Made by a program: the position numbers and the translations under genes. Of a stretch of DNA of 64,000 nt, positions 63,523 to 64,000 are shown piece after piece. The stretch comes from Bacteroidota bacterium. GTDB taxonomy: Bacteria; Bacteroidota; Bacteroidia; Palsa-948. The stretch's first letter is position 1, and the number at the start of each line of letters is the position of its first letter. The notes under the pieces were generated by a model, which saw nothing but the letters and a program-made list of their open reading frames with translations, was not told the origin of the DNA and ran no database searches. The DNA lies in NCBI GenBank assembly GCA_016195025.1, contig JACQAL010000002.1, forward strand, positions 6,477 to 70,476, written 5' to 3'.

Positions 63523-64000
63523 AACACTACTTCAAATATAGTTCCTCTCGGAGAACCGTGCCTGTCGGCAGGCAGGTTATCCTTCACTAAAATTTTTCCT
63601 CCGTGTTTCTCCACAAGATATTTCACAATGTATAATCCAAGACCTGTTCCTTTTGTCCTGCGTGTTTCTTCGCTACCCACTCTGTAAAATTTTTTAAAAA
63701 TATTTTCTTTTTCTTCTGCTGAAATTCCTGTGCCTTCATCCGCCACGGATAAAATTACTCCGTTGCCTTGCTCTTTCAATATGACTTTTATCATTGAATT
63801 CTCCGGAGAATATTTTACAGCATTTTCAAAAAGATTCAGAATGATGGAAGGAAAAATGGTTTTATCAATGCTGAAAGAAACATTCGGCTGAATATCTAGC
63901 ACAATTTTTTGCTTCGGCTGAAAAGTTTGAATAGTTTGCTTCATTCCTTCTTCAACATACTCCGAGAGGTTTACATTTTCTTTGTGCAGTTCAAAAGCCA
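63519..64000 (-). CDS. Sensor histidine kinase, C-terminal HATPase_c part only; the N-terminus lies beyond the window end
   Basis: 'NLFENAVKYSPENSMIKVILKEQGNGVILSVADEGTGISAEEKENIFKKFYRVGSEETRRTKGTGLGLYIVKYLVEKHGG' contains the N, G1 and G2 boxes. The frame stays open to position 64000. Confidence 0.75.
   Translation of the reverse strand, partial: AFELHKENVNLSEYVEEGMKQTIQTFQPKQKIVLDIQPNVSFSIDKTIFPSIILNLFENAVKYSPENSMIKVILKEQGNGVILSVADEGTGISAEEKENIFKKFYRVGSEETRRTKGTGLGLYIVKYLVEKHGGKILVKDNLPADRHGSPRGTIFEVVL

Overview
This 64 kb window looks like chromosomal DNA from a Bacteroidota genome, most likely the Flavobacteriia / Sphingobacteriia / Chitinophagia lineage. The basis is low GC content (about 40%), at least ten proteins ending in type IX secretion system (T9SS) C-terminal sorting domains of both type A (Por-CTD) and type B (the 'FTPNGDGxND' gliding-associated domain), a PorP/SprF-family gene, SprB-repeat adhesin paralogs and a GldE-like CorC protein.

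Genes are dense on both strands. Housekeeping genes include pdhB, pbpC, pyrC-like dihydroorotase, msrA, lysC-lysA, efp, a djlA-like co-chaperone, holA, murB, mqnA, rpsP, a trmN6/yfiC-like methyltransferase, two APC permeases, apt, an acyl-CoA dehydrogenase and gpmI. Envelope and secreted functions include a 1886 aa bacterial alpha-2-macroglobulin with an intact CVEQ thioester in an operon with PBP1C, an S8 subtilase, an M1 aminopeptidase, a DUF885-like lipoprotein, a phage-tail-fibre-like protein carrying a Peptidase_S74 chaperone domain, and two tandem SprB-repeat genes.

No rRNA or tRNA genes and no CRISPR array were seen.

The items most worth a second look:
- A family of GC-rich palindromic hairpin elements (C4-5-loop-G4-5 stems, often with TTCG or GAAG loops, and a separate CCCC-NN-CCCTAAAGGG type) sits in-frame inside four unrelated ORFs: glycosylasparaginase, a GNAT-like protein, holA and DUF885. 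Each adds a 20-30 aa Pro/Gly/Ser/Glu-rich loop without breaking the frame. Further copies lie in intergenic and terminator positions. The pattern resembles Rickettsia palindromic elements.
- A 0.7 kb cassette carrying a PIN-domain gene plus a small basic ORF is inserted at the 5' end of pdhB. It is flanked by a perfect 52 bp direct duplication of the pdhB start, with about 15 further nt of diverged homology beyond it.
- A roughly 1.2 kb island near 33.0-34.2 kb is visibly more GC-rich than its surroundings. It carries an unidentifiable gene preceded by about 42 bp x 2.7 tandem repeats and a perfect heptanucleotide (GCTGGTC) x 9 microsatellite.
- Other tandem repeats are intergenic: about 63 bp x 2.5 with an internal 21 nt periodicity in a 530 bp gap, and 21 bp x 5 upstream of the SprB-repeat genes.
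- An 18 bp perfect inverted repeat abuts the start codons of two divergent genes.
- A C10 homopolymer lies inside an ORF.
- A single -1 frameshift interrupts the first (Kelch-repeat, T9SS) gene.

All calls come from reading the sequence and the supplied ORF translations. No database searches were run.
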